Shown piece after piece: positions 19,555 to 29,300 of a DNA stretch of 64,000 nt (its first letter is position 1; each line of letters starts with the position of its first letter). A model generated the notes under the pieces. That model was not told the DNA's origin and made no database searches. It saw only the letters and a list, made by a program, of their open reading frames with translations. The translations under genes were made by a program, and so were the position numbers. This DNA comes from Candidatus Hydrogenedentota bacterium (GTDB lineage: Bacteria; Hydrogenedentota; Hydrogenedentia; Hydrogenedentales; JAEUWI01), in the NCBI GenBank assembly GCA_034669905.1, contig JAXMOL010000037.1, positions 1 through 64,000 of the forward strand. Reading direction: 5' to 3'.

Positions 19555-20220
19555 ATGCCTGACCGCCATCCAACTGCCGCCCCCCGAGTCATTGCCTTTG
19601 ATTTTGACGGGGTAATTGCCGATTCACTGGAAGCCTATTTTCCCGTGTTTCAGGCGTGTTGTGCCGAGTTGGGATTTCGGGGTCCGGCGACGCGGGATGC
19701 CTTTCTGGATGTCTTCGATCACAATGCGGTGAAAGGGCTGCTCAAGGCGGGTGTGCCCTTCTACAAGCTCAAGCGGCTGGGTCGCACCCTGGCTCCCCGG
19801 GTGGCTGCGTTAAACGAAGACGTGGCGCCCTTTCCCGGTATTCCCTCCTTAATTCAGGCCCTCGTGGCCCGCCATCCTGTCTATGTCGTCACGTCCAATG
19901 TTACCGAAGCCACGGCCCAGTTCATGGCCCGTCACGCCATGGACGGTCTCGAAGATGTCATCGGGTCGGACCGGGAAGCCAGCAAGATCAAAAAGCTTCG
20001 CCGTATCCGGAAGGGGCATCCCGGCGCGACGGTCTGGTATATCGGGGATACGCGGGGGGACATGATCGAAGCGCGCCGTGCGGGCACCACGGCGGTAGCC
20101 GCGTGTTGGGGCTGGCACAACGAAGCACGGCTGGCCGGGGCGCAGCCCGATTACCTGGTCAAGAGCCCGGAGGCCTTGGGGCAGCTTTTGTTTCGGGGTG
20201 AAGTGGGGACAGGTTTTTAA
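19555..20220 (+). CDS. HAD-family hydrolase (phosphoglycolate phosphatase-like)
   Basis: FDFDGVIADS, TSN, YIGDT.GD. Confidence 0.88.
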   Translation: MPDRHPTAAPRVIAFDFDGVIADSLEAYFPVFQACCAELGFRGPATRDAFLDVFDHNAVKGLLKAGVPFYKLKRLGRTLAPRVAALNEDVAPFPGIPSLIQALVARHPVYVVTSNVTEATAQFMARHAMDGLEDVIGSDREASKIKKLRRIRKGHPGATVWYIGDTRGDMIEARRAGTTAVAACWGWHNEARLAGAQPDYLVKSPEALGQLLFRGEVGTGF

Positions 20221-20296
20221 CTGGTGATTCTGCGGGGAACCTGCTATAACGAAGTTACTTCGGGCTGGGTGAGCATGTGCTACGAGGAAAGAACCA

Positions 20297-20758
20297 ATGG
20301 CTTCCCAAGAGAAATATGCCAAGTACGCCGAGAAGATCCGCATCTTTAATGGCCTCTCTGCCGAGGAGGTGGAGTACATCCTCCACTGTGGCAAGATAGT
20401 CCATTTCTACGATGGGCAAACCGTTTTCCATGAGGGGATGTTGGGCAGCAACCTCTTTATTGTACTCGGGGGAAAAATCGCCATCTACAGTAAGAAGCGG
20501 ATCATTGCCCGGTGTGTGGTGGGCGACGCCTTCGGCGAGATGGCGGTACTCAACAGTAAGCCCCGGTCGGCCACGGCGGCAGCGCTGGAAGACGTGAAAC
20601 TCTTCACCCTGGATGAGCGGGAGATCAATCAGATCCTCGATAAGGCGGTGGCGGTAAAGCTCTTGCTCAACATCATCCACGTGCTCAGTGAGCGACTGGA
20701 AGCGGCCAATTCCTGGGTGGCCAAACTTCGCGATGAAAAGAGTCAGTTCGAATCGTAG
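20297..20758 (+). CDS. Stand-alone cyclic nucleotide-binding domain protein, paralog 1
   Basis: FGEMAVL...PRSATA phosphate-binding cassette; no HTH. Confidence 0.9.
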   Translation: MASQEKYAKYAEKIRIFNGLSAEEVEYILHCGKIVHFYDGQTVFHEGMLGSNLFIVLGGKIAIYSKKRIIARCVVGDAFGEMAVLNSKPRSATAAALEDVKLFTLDEREINQILDKAVAVKLLLNIIHVLSERLEAANSWVAKLRDEKSQFES

Positions 20759-20889
20759 GGGGGGCGGGGCTGTCCGCTTATCGGACACCCTGTACTACTG
20801 TGGCCCAACATGGCGTTTTTCGCGGACGTGTGGTATAGTCAAACCACGTGCTTGGGATGGGGCGAGAACCGGGTATGAAGGATTTCCCC

Positions 20890-21354
20890 ATGAGTTCGCA
20901 GGATAAGTATGCCAAGTACGCCGAGCGAGTACGTCTGTTTAAGGGGCTCAAGACGCGTGACGTGGAGGAAGTACTCCACAGCGGCAAAATCATCCATTTT
21001 CGCGAGGGGCAAACTATCTTTCACGAGGGCATGTTGGGCAACAACATGTTTATCGTGCTGGGGGGCAAGGTGGGTATCTACAAAAAGAATCGCCTGATCG
21101 GCCATTGTGCCGTGGGCGATGCCTTTGGGGAGATGGCCCTCCTGAACAACCGGCCCCGCTCTGCCACGGCCAGTGCCCTGGGCGATGTGAAACTCTTCAC
21201 CATCGACGAGCGGGAACTGAAACAGGTCCTGCGCATGCCCATTGGCCGACAGCTGTTGATGAATGTGGTCAATGTGTTGAGCGAACGCCTGGAAGTGGCC
21301 AATGGCCGGGTCAGCGAATTGAGTGACACGGTCGATATGGTGGCTTCCAAATAG
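20890..21354 (+). CDS. Stand-alone cyclic nucleotide-binding domain protein, paralog 2
   Basis: FGEMALL...PRSATA; collinear with paralog 1; AAGGA RBS. Confidence 0.9.
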   Translation: MSSQDKYAKYAERVRLFKGLKTRDVEEVLHSGKIIHFREGQTIFHEGMLGNNMFIVLGGKVGIYKKNRLIGHCAVGDAFGEMALLNNRPRSATASALGDVKLFTIDERELKQVLRMPIGRQLLMNVVNVLSERLEVANGRVSELSDTVDMVASK

Positions 21355-21361
21355 CGCGGGT

Positions 21362-22231
21362 TCAGACGTCGCAGGTGTCGATGGAATGGGCCAGGGACGT
21401 GACCGGGTCCTTCCTGGGAATGAACTCCTGCGCCACAAAACCCGTGTAGCCCGTGGCCACGATGGCGCGACAGATGGCGGGGTAGTTCAATTCCTGGGTC
21501 TCGTCGATTTCGGCCCGTCCGGGCACGCCGCCCGTGTGGTAGTGGGCGAAGTAGGGATGGAAATCGGTGATGGTCTGGATGACGTCCCCCTCCATGATCT
21601 GCATGTGGTAAATGTCATAGAGCAGCTTGAAGCGATCAGACCCCACTTCATCACAGAGGGCCACGCCCCAGGGCGATTTGTCGCACTGGTAGTCGGGGTG
21701 ATTGACCTTGCTGTTCAGTAATTCCATCACGATGTTCACCCCCAGTGATTCGGCCAGGGGGGTGATGCGCTTCAGGCCCTTGGCGCAATTCCTGAGTCCT
21801 TCGGCGTCGCTGCGTTTACCCCGGTTTCCGGAAAAGACGATCATGTTGGGCATGCCCGCTTCGGCGATCTGGGGCAGGATCTTCTCCGAGTTCTCCACCA
21901 GCGCGTCATGGAGGGACGGGTCGTTCCAGCCCTTGGTGATGCTGCCAGGTCCGCCAACCATGGGGCACACGAGGCCGTAGGGTTTGATGGTGGGGAGTTC
22001 TTTGACCTGGAGGAGGTCGATGCCTGTGATGCCCAGGGCCACGGCGTGCTGGCAGAGTTCTTCGAGACTCATGTCCTTGTAGCACCACTTGCACACCGCG
22101 TGATTGATATTGCCCTTGCGTTTCATGGGTTTTTCCTCGCTGTGGGCCGTTGTCGCGCCCAGCATCAGGGCACTGGACGTGCCGGCCATGGCCGCCAGGG
22201 CCGTACGTCGGGAAAGATCGGGGGATGGCAT
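21362..22231 (-). CDS. Hydroxypyruvate isomerase-family TIM barrel with Tat signal
   Basis: SRRTAL; ELLNS, LLYDIYHMQIMEGD, PGRAE. Confidence 0.88.
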   Translation of the reverse strand: MPSPDLSRRTALAAMAGTSSALMLGATTAHSEEKPMKRKGNINHAVCKWCYKDMSLEELCQHAVALGITGIDLLQVKELPTIKPYGLVCPMVGGPGSITKGWNDPSLHDALVENSEKILPQIAEAGMPNMIVFSGNRGKRSDAEGLRNCAKGLKRITPLAESLGVNIVMELLNSKVNHPDYQCDKSPWGVALCDEVGSDRFKLLYDIYHMQIMEGDVIQTITDFHPYFAHYHTGGVPGRAEIDETQELNYPAICRAIVATGYTGFVAQEFIPRKDPVTSLAHSIDTCDV

Positions 22232-22309
22232 GACACGCTCTCCTGTTGGGTCAGGTCAGGGGATTATCATGGTGGATAGATGGGGCCGCAGTCAAAAAGA
22301 AAGATTTCC

Positions 22310-22646
22310 ACCACGAAGAAACGAAGGGCACGAAGGATGGGAGGAAATAGTAACCGCGGTTGCTTGCTATGGCCCACGTAATGCCTCGCACATATTTATT
22401 TTAACCACAGAGAACGCAAAGAACACAAAGGGAAAGTCTTTCTGTGTTCTTTGCGTTCTTTGAGGTGGATATCAGAAATTTTCCACAAGACGTTCCCTGG
22501 TGGCCTGATGCGCTTTCGTCGGGTTGTCCGTCCCACAGGTCCCAACGGTCCCACCCGTCCCACAAAAAAACGACCCCAGAGGAAGCTCCTCCGGGGCCGT
22601 CGTGTTACTTGGGCTATCGGGCCGCGATAATCTCAATTTTGCTTAC
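22310..22646. repeat. Diverged copy of the repeat/terminator/3'-end segment downstream of tkt
   Basis: 22310-22466 matches 24489-24645; 22562-22600 matches tkt terminator 24651-24688. Confidence 0.85.
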
Positions 22647-22669
22647 TCTTGACGATCTCTCGGAATTCA

Positions 22670-24208
22670 TCAAGATGCTGGGGCTGGTTGGTTCTTTTCC
22701 TGAATTCGCAAATGTCTACGCGACTTTTTGGGTGGGTTCTTCTCGGGAACTACGCGTGGTTCGTCTACAAACTCGACGACCATGTCCCCTGCCGAGCGGT
22801 CCCCACCGTCATCTATCAAATTGTCTCCCACGGAGTAGAGCAGAAATCCACCATCCACTACCCTGTATTGTAAGAGGTTGGTTACGAAGGGGTCCCCGCC
22901 AATTTTCCCAACCACTTCCGGGTCAAGATCGCTGAGCTGCCGAGGAAGCTCGCCATGCTCCTTTCTATGTATTGCTATCAGCATTGCGACACCAACGCTT
23001 CGGTGTTCCAGTTCCCACATTGCGAGCGGACCCGTCCAATCCGTTGCGTGAAACCACGGATGGCTCATGTATGCGGGGCCACGCATTTCCGGGTGCAGGA
23101 GCCACGTCACCATGTCAAAAGGATTGAGTCTCCTTGAGGTAATCGTTCCATCGGCCTTGGCGATTACCCGACGCCACGAAAACTCCCACTGTTCGACGAA
23201 AGGCTGACGTACGGCCGCGCGCAGATAGCGTTCATGCCAATCGAGATTCAGACTATCCAAGAGGTCGGTGTCGAACTTCATGCGGTCATAAACTTCCATT
23301 CGGGCTAGCCCTCCGATTCCTGGAAGCCAACGAAGCCGTCTACACCAACGCGTGCGGAAGGGCGCATAATATTCGTGTTTCTGGGGGCTGTCGCCACGAT
23401 AGTAGGACATTAATTTGTAGGTCCCACGCAGGCGCTCTCCGGGCAATGAGTGGCGCAAAAATATATCCGGGTCCATTGTTTCGTAGAGCGGGGCCAGTTT
23501 TTTATACAACGTCGCTGGCCCTTTTCCTGTCGATATGGATCGCTGGACGAGTCTGCGGGCATCTCGAACGATGGTGAGCCCGCGTGTATTCAGTTCGCAG
23601 GGCATTGTCTGCAACGAATGAGCAAGGTCGAAACTCAGACGCTGACAATCGAGAAAGGTGTCCCAGTCGTCATCCTCCAGTGCGACAAAGCCCTGAATCC
23701 ACAGGAGATTGGTCAGATCGTACAGGCCCTTGATCGCATCGCCATTCCAATCGCCGTCTGGCAGTTCACTCAAATCTATTGGGTAGCGATAGCGGGTATA
23801 TCCCAGCGCTTCTTTCGCCAATTCCAGTACAGGCCGTCGTTCCTGTAAATACTCACGGGCCTGGGACAAGGTCTCGAGGGAATACGTGTTCTCTTCGAGT
23901 CGGCGCTCAATTCGTCCCGCTTCGGGGTCGAACTCTTTTCCTTCGCCGAAGGTGTCCAGAAGTTCCACCGCCCGCAAGTAGACGAGCGCCCCGTTTTCGT
24001 GATCAGGAACCGGAGGGTAGGTCGCGTCCAGTTCCGCAAGCGTAGTCGGTTCGCCCTTGCTTTGGATCTCGGATTCCAGCGCGCGCAGCTTGCGTTCCAT
24101 CAATATATCGAAGCTCGAACCAGCGACTAGAAAAAGAAACACCGTAGCCGCGATCAGTCGAAACGTTTTCTTTTTACTTCGCCGCTTACGCGTGTCTTGT
24201 GCGCGCAT
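22670..24208 (-). CDS. Hypothetical membrane-anchored protein with a GspG-like C-terminal motif
   Basis: GGAGG RBS, basic N-terminus plus one TM helix; C-terminal G.LP..L.DL...DPF...YR...FLLYSVG.N..DDGG. Confidence 0.75.
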   Translation of the reverse strand: MRAQDTRKRRSKKKTFRLIAATVFLFLVAGSSFDILMERKLRALESEIQSKGEPTTLAELDATYPPVPDHENGALVYLRAVELLDTFGEGKEFDPEAGRIERRLEENTYSLETLSQAREYLQERRPVLELAKEALGYTRYRYPIDLSELPDGDWNGDAIKGLYDLTNLLWIQGFVALEDDDWDTFLDCQRLSFDLAHSLQTMPCELNTRGLTIVRDARRLVQRSISTGKGPATLYKKLAPLYETMDPDIFLRHSLPGERLRGTYKLMSYYRGDSPQKHEYYAPFRTRWCRRLRWLPGIGGLARMEVYDRMKFDTDLLDSLNLDWHERYLRAAVRQPFVEQWEFSWRRVIAKADGTITSRRLNPFDMVTWLLHPEMRGPAYMSHPWFHATDWTGPLAMWELEHRSVGVAMLIAIHRKEHGELPRQLSDLDPEVVGKIGGDPFVTNLLQYRVVDGGFLLYSVGDNLIDDGGDRSAGDMVVEFVDEPRVVPEKNPPKKSRRHLRIQEKNQPAPAS

Positions 24209-24279
24209 TGGGTGCCTCCAGATTGGGTGATGCCGTGCATGGAGTGTAGCACAGCACCTCGGGAGGGTCGGCAGGTGTT

Positions 24280-24647
24280 TTCTAAACACAGCGAACGCAG
24301 AGGACACCGGGAGTTAATTGCCCGGGGTTGGTAGTGTTTCCCGTGACGTAAGCGGTGGAACCACGAATGGACACAAATGAACACGAATGGGAAATGGTCG
24401 ACATGATGCGCGGACAGCGGTATTTTCTACATCGGTTTTTGACCACAGAAAACGTAACGCAGCCGTTTTCCGTAACGAAATGTTTTTTACCACGAAGAAA
24501 CGAAGGGCACGAAGGACGGGAGGAAATAGCAACAGGCGGTTGCTTGCTTTGGCCGACGTAGTTCCTCGCACCCATTTCTTTAACCACAGAGAACGCAGAG
24601 AACACAAAAGGAGAATCTTTCTGTGTTCTCTGCGTTCTCTGTGGTTA
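24280..24647. repeat. Cluster of ACCAC(A/G)-initiated purine-rich periodic repeats
   Basis: aaccacgaatggacacaaatgaacacgaat, accacgaagaaacgaagggcacgaag, aaccacagagaacgcagagaacac plus an inverted arm; related copy at 61923-61952. Confidence 0.8.
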
Positions 24648-24650
24648 AAA

Positions 24651-24688
24651 ACAAAAAAACGGCCCCAGCGCATTGCACCGGGGCCGTC
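24651..24688 (-). terminator. tkt terminator
   Basis: aaaaaaacggcccc...ggggccgt. Confidence 0.75.
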
Positions 24689-24713
24689 ATATGTCTCACT
24701 TATCGCGGTGGGA

Positions 24714-26612
24714 TTATCCCGCGAGCGTTTTGATTTTTGCGAGGATGCTGTCGGGGTCGAGGCCCTGGTGGGCGATGTGTTCGGGGATGCCGCCTTCGCC
24801 GGGTTTGTGGACGGCCATGACGCCGAGTTTGGGGGCGAGGCCCCGTTCGAGGAGCCAGGTGCCGTAGCGGCTGCCGAGTCCGTTATTTTCGTTCTGGGCT
24901 TCTACCACGAGGGCGAAGGGCGCGCCGCCGACTTTCTTCATCATGTCTTCGTCGATGACGTTGAGGGTGGGCTTGTTGATGAGGCCCACGTCGATGCCTT
25001 CGGCACGGGCGCGGTCGACAGCGTCGATGGCGCGGTAGAGCATTTCACCGTAGGAGATGACATACCCGGCGCTGCCTTCACGGACCACTTCGTCTTTTCC
25101 GGGCACAAACTGATAGGCTTCGTCGTAGAACTTGGAGCCGTCTTCCTTCGCGATGAAGGGCACCTTGCTCCGGGTGGTGAAGACGTAGCGGATGCCTTCG
25201 TCGTCCCAGATGGTTTCGACGAGGCTCTTGAGCTGTCCGGCGTCCGCGGCGAAGTAGAGGCGGTTGGTGTCGCCTTCTTTGATGCCGCTGTGGGCCAGCC
25301 AGATGTTGATGCCGTAGTGGCAGGTGTTGTCGGCGATTTCGTCCACACCGGCGTGGGAGAAGTGGCAGATAACGTTGGCTTCGTTGAGGCGGGCCATGGT
25401 GGCTTCGGAAATAATCATTTCCAGGAAGGCCGAGAAGGTGGAGAAGATACCCTGTTTGCCCGGGGCGAAACCGAAACCGGCGGCGGCGGAGAAGTTACCG
25501 CGTTCCTGAACGCCACCATTGATGCAGACGTCGGGGTGGGCGACGCGGATGCCCTTGAGGCCCGTGGAGCCTTCCAGGTCGGAGTCGACCACGAGGACCT
25601 TGTGGGCGCGCTCGGCGGCGGGAATCTTGTCGAGGATGCCGTTGACGATGGTGCCGAACTCGGTGCGGTTGCTGCCCATCTCTTCGGTGGAACCCACGTA
25701 GGAGACGGAGGCGCTGGTCTTCTTCACGCCTTCGAGGAACTTAATGGCCGCGTCCTGTCCTTTGAGGGTCAGGTAGGCAATGGCCGCATCTTTAGGGATG
25801 ACATCGTGGCCCGCGTGGGTGCCTTCGATGCCCGGGATGCCGGGTGCCATGGCGCGGCGGTTGACGAGGGCCACAGGGCCGTCGGTCTGGATGGACTTGA
25901 GCATGCGGTCAAAGAGGGCGTCGAAGTCTTCGCCGTCGCCCGTGTCGACCGTGAGGCCGTGGCCTTCGAGGGTCTTGGCCACGTCATAGCCGGGGAGGTA
26001 GTCGTTGGGATGGCCGGAGATGGTGACATTGTTGTCGTCGATGGCGAGCTTCACATTGAGCTGCTGGGCGACCGCCAGGCGGGCCGCCTCGGCGTCGTTA
26101 CCTTCCATCTGGGAGCCGTCGGAGCCAAACATGAAGACCACGCCGTCACTGTTGGCCTTGGCCACACCGTTGACGAAGGGCCACATGTGTCCGAGCCGTC
26201 CGGAGGCGAACTTCACGCCCAATTCCGGGTCGATTTCGGGGTGGCCATAGAGGCCGGCACCGGCGGCGCGGTATTGGAGGAGTTTTTCGAAGGGCATTTC
26301 GCCGTTGAAGGCGCTCATGGCGTATTGGATAGCTACCCGGTGTCCACCTTCGTCGAAATAGGCGGGGTAAACACGGTCACTACCCTTCATAAAGCTATCG
26401 GCGATAAGCACTTCCGGCACGATGCTGTAGGCACCACCGGTGTGGCCACCAAAACCGCGGATACCGGCCACCGCCGTGAAAAACACGATGGTGTCGCGCA
26501 CGATTTCGATGTTGGTCAACAATTGGGCTTTTTGTTCGGGCGTGATGCCCTTCGCGGTGAAGGGGTCAATGGCCACCGGCTTATAGTTGCTTACATCAAT
26601 GGGAAAAGACAT
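24714..26612 (-). CDS. tkt: Transketolase
   Basis: GGHTGG, GHPE, SGRLG, TPP motif SDGSQMEG...DDN, DSDLEGST, FSHAG. Confidence 0.88.
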   Translation of the reverse strand: MSFPIDVSNYKPVAIDPFTAKGITPEQKAQLLTNIEIVRDTIVFFTAVAGIRGFGGHTGGAYSIVPEVLIADSFMKGSDRVYPAYFDEGGHRVAIQYAMSAFNGEMPFEKLLQYRAAGAGLYGHPEIDPELGVKFASGRLGHMWPFVNGVAKANSDGVVFMFGSDGSQMEGNDAEAARLAVAQQLNVKLAIDDNNVTISGHPNDYLPGYDVAKTLEGHGLTVDTGDGEDFDALFDRMLKSIQTDGPVALVNRRAMAPGIPGIEGTHAGHDVIPKDAAIAYLTLKGQDAAIKFLEGVKKTSASVSYVGSTEEMGSNRTEFGTIVNGILDKIPAAERAHKVLVVDSDLEGSTGLKGIRVAHPDVCINGGVQERGNFSAAAGFGFAPGKQGIFSTFSAFLEMIISEATMARLNEANVICHFSHAGVDEIADNTCHYGINIWLAHSGIKEGDTNRLYFAADAGQLKSLVETIWDDEGIRYVFTTRSKVPFIAKEDGSKFYDEAYQFVPGKDEVVREGSAGYVISYGEMLYRAIDAVDRARAEGIDVGLINKPTLNVIDEDMMKKVGGAPFALVVEAQNENNGLGSRYGTWLLERGLAPKLGVMAVHKPGEGGIPEHIAHQGLDPDSILAKIKTLAG

Positions 26613-26937
26613 GGGTTCTCCTTCTTACGTGCATCCGCATGGGTGATTGGCGATCGAGTATCGAGTCGGCGGGGACGGGACTCGGTCCGTGTAACTGTTG
26701 GCTGCACCTCACCCCGACGGCAGGCAAACAGCTCCCCATGTTCGAAGCGAACAGTATAGCAAAGGTACCGGGGAAAAACTATTTTGGGGTATGGTGGGGG
26801 ATACCGGCCGCGTCTGGGCATGAAGTCGATGAGATTGTGGACACCGTGGATCTTGTGGACGGGGTGGACGACGAGATGGTCCACGGAGTCCCACGGCGTC
26901 CTGACAACGTGAAGCGAAACCTGGAGATGGTAAGCGG

Positions 26938-29040
26938 ATGACACGCAACATGTTCTGGAGGCATATGGCCTCCTTTCGGGGTTTAATGGCTTGTCTGTTC
27001 CTCGTAACAGGGGGCTTTGCCTTTGCCGCCGAGGAGGCCCCGGCGCTTCGAGCCCATGAGCGGTGGATCTGGACCGAGCTCATCGCCTTCGATAACGAGC
27101 AGCCCGATCTGGGCGTGGGGCAGTACCTGGAGACCACGGGGTTTACACCCACGGCCATCTGTATCCTCATCGGCTCGCCCGATTTCATGCTCTCCCACAC
27201 CGATATGGAGACCGAAGTGAATCTGCCGGCGGCGTTCTGCTCCCGGGATGGTCACGAATTCAATCAGGAACGAAGTCGGCAGGCGTGGACAAACCACCAG
27301 GTGCGCGCCCTGAATCGGGAATTGCACAAGCGGGGCGTTGAATCGTACTTGAGTGTCTTCACCAAGTACACCCGGGATCCGACCCACCGCGAGTGGATTA
27401 CCGACCACCTGGAGGTGCTCCAGGTCCACAAGAGCAGTGGATTCGTCTGGGCACCCAATCCCCTGGCCCGGTTGAAGGACGGCACCTACTTTGAAGACGT
27501 GTTCGCACGGAAAACGGTGAAGACGCTCCAGGACTACGAATTCGACGGGTGGCACGGTGCCGATGGCTGGGGTCCCCTGTCCCGGCCCCTTCATCAGCTA
27601 TCCTTTTCCGATGACATGATCGACCAGTTTGCGGGTATGCCCGGACTGGAATTGCCCGAGGTTGTGACCCGGGAATGTGTTTACGACGTGCCCAAGCTGG
27701 AAGCCCGGGCCGATTTTATTCTCCGCCATCGCCGCGCGGAATGGAGTGAGTTCTACGCCCAGCGTTGGGCCCGATTCTGGTCGACTATGGTCACGGCGCT
27801 CCATGACGCAGGCAAGAAGGCCACCATCAACTCGGCCTGGGGCCGTGCGCCCTTCGAGGCCTACTTCCGCTATGGGGTGGACTACCAGCGCATCGCCGCC
27901 ACGGGGGTGGATGCCATCATCGTCGAGACCGTCGCCGCGGGCCTGGCGATGGACCCCCGTATGGCGGGCACGGATCGGCACGATGATTTCCTCGCCATGT
28001 TGATGTTGATGCGGGCGTGCCTGCCCGATACCAAGCTCATTTTCTTGCACAACGTCCACGACGTGGTGGAGGAATGGGACGCCATTCGCCATATGCCCAC
28101 TGTGTTGGAGCGCGAGATCTACGCCCTGAACAACGTCTTCCACACCCGTCCCGACGGGACCTTGCGGCCGAGCGCCGACGGCTTTCTCGCCTGTCTCGGC
28201 GACGGCCTCACCCGGGAAGAATGGGGCTGGCTGGAGCAGCGCTGGGAGCGGGCCCTGTTCCCCGTGCCGGTCCGTACCCTCGGCGCCACCGTGGTCTGGT
28301 CCGATGCTGCGTATCGCGCACAGACCGCCGACTTCCTGGCCACCCGTACGTGGGATACCCATTACCTCCTCTTTCGCCTCATGGAAGGGGGGGCCACGGT
28401 GCAGGGCACGGTCCACGTGAATTCCCTGGAAAAGTATCGGGGGGCGCTGTTGGTGCCCAACGCCCACCTGTTCCCGCCCGAGGAACTGGCCCGTGTGATG
28501 GCCTACGACGGCGGGCCCGTCGTGCTGGTGGGACGGAAGATAGACGGGCTGCCAGAACCCGCCATGGAATTCAGCGATGTCTATCCGCCCAATGAACGGT
28601 GGTGTGCGGTCTACAACGGGAGTGCGCCGGCGGTGGAAATTGCGGCGGATGGCGAGGAAATCCCCTTAGGCGACCTCACGGCGATTCCCGGCCCGGAGGG
28701 CTTCTGGGATCACATGACCTACCGCAAGGTGTCCGCCGACTTCGTCACGGCCTGCGCAACGACCCTGCAACGCGTTTCAATGCCCATCACCATCACCGAG
28801 CAGGACGAAGACGTGGATATCATGCCCGTGGAGTTGGCAGATGGCACCCTTCGAATCGCCATTAAAAATCGCATTGCGGCCTATGCCCGTCCGGAAATCG
28901 ATATGGGGCAGCCGATTGCGTCTGCGGAGGTTCGCAGTGGCTTTCCCTCCGTGGCGATACGGCCCAACGGCGCAAAATTCGACGTGCGCGTGCCTGGTCG
29001 GGGTATCACGGTGGTGGATGTGAAGACCCAGGCGGAATAA
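26938..29040 (+). CDS. Secreted hypothetical protein, possibly a glycoside hydrolase-like TIM barrel
   Basis: Signal peptide; YEFDGWH.ADG; long ORF with host-like codon usage. Confidence 0.65.
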   Translation: MTRNMFWRHMASFRGLMACLFLVTGGFAFAAEEAPALRAHERWIWTELIAFDNEQPDLGVGQYLETTGFTPTAICILIGSPDFMLSHTDMETEVNLPAAFCSRDGHEFNQERSRQAWTNHQVRALNRELHKRGVESYLSVFTKYTRDPTHREWITDHLEVLQVHKSSGFVWAPNPLARLKDGTYFEDVFARKTVKTLQDYEFDGWHGADGWGPLSRPLHQLSFSDDMIDQFAGMPGLELPEVVTRECVYDVPKLEARADFILRHRRAEWSEFYAQRWARFWSTMVTALHDAGKKATINSAWGRAPFEAYFRYGVDYQRIAATGVDAIIVETVAAGLAMDPRMAGTDRHDDFLAMLMLMRACLPDTKLIFLHNVHDVVEEWDAIRHMPTVLEREIYALNNVFHTRPDGTLRPSADGFLACLGDGLTREEWGWLEQRWERALFPVPVRTLGATVVWSDAAYRAQTADFLATRTWDTHYLLFRLMEGGATVQGTVHVNSLEKYRGALLVPNAHLFPPEELARVMAYDGGPVVLVGRKIDGLPEPAMEFSDVYPPNERWCAVYNGSAPAVEIAADGEEIPLGDLTAIPGPEGFWDHMTYRKVSADFVTACATTLQRVSMPITITEQDEDVDIMPVELADGTLRIAIKNRIAAYARPEIDMGQPIASAEVRSGFPSVAIRPNGAKFDVRVPGRGITVVDVKTQAE

Positions 29041-29300
29041 GAAAACACGCCCTCCGATGCGGCGTTGCTTGTTATTCCTACCTCGTTGTCGTATTGGGGG
29101 CGCTTTTTTGCCTCGATTGTTGTCCATATGCTACGCTCTCGTCGTGGGAGCCCTTCCCCTTCCTGGGTGGGCCGATGATTACCAACCATCCACTTTACGT
29201 CCGTTCTGGCGGCCCATCTGCTGCCCGGCGCGTTCCCTGGTAACCCTGACTTTCTATTGATAGTTGACGAGTAAGATCCACCCTCAGAAGGTAGTTCGCC

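Noticed and set aside
24387..26759. Long antisense ORFs (also 1070-2995, 39003-41285, 40876-42411, 55042-57231)
   Set aside because: Shadow frames of well-supported GC-rich genes with no recognisable motifs.
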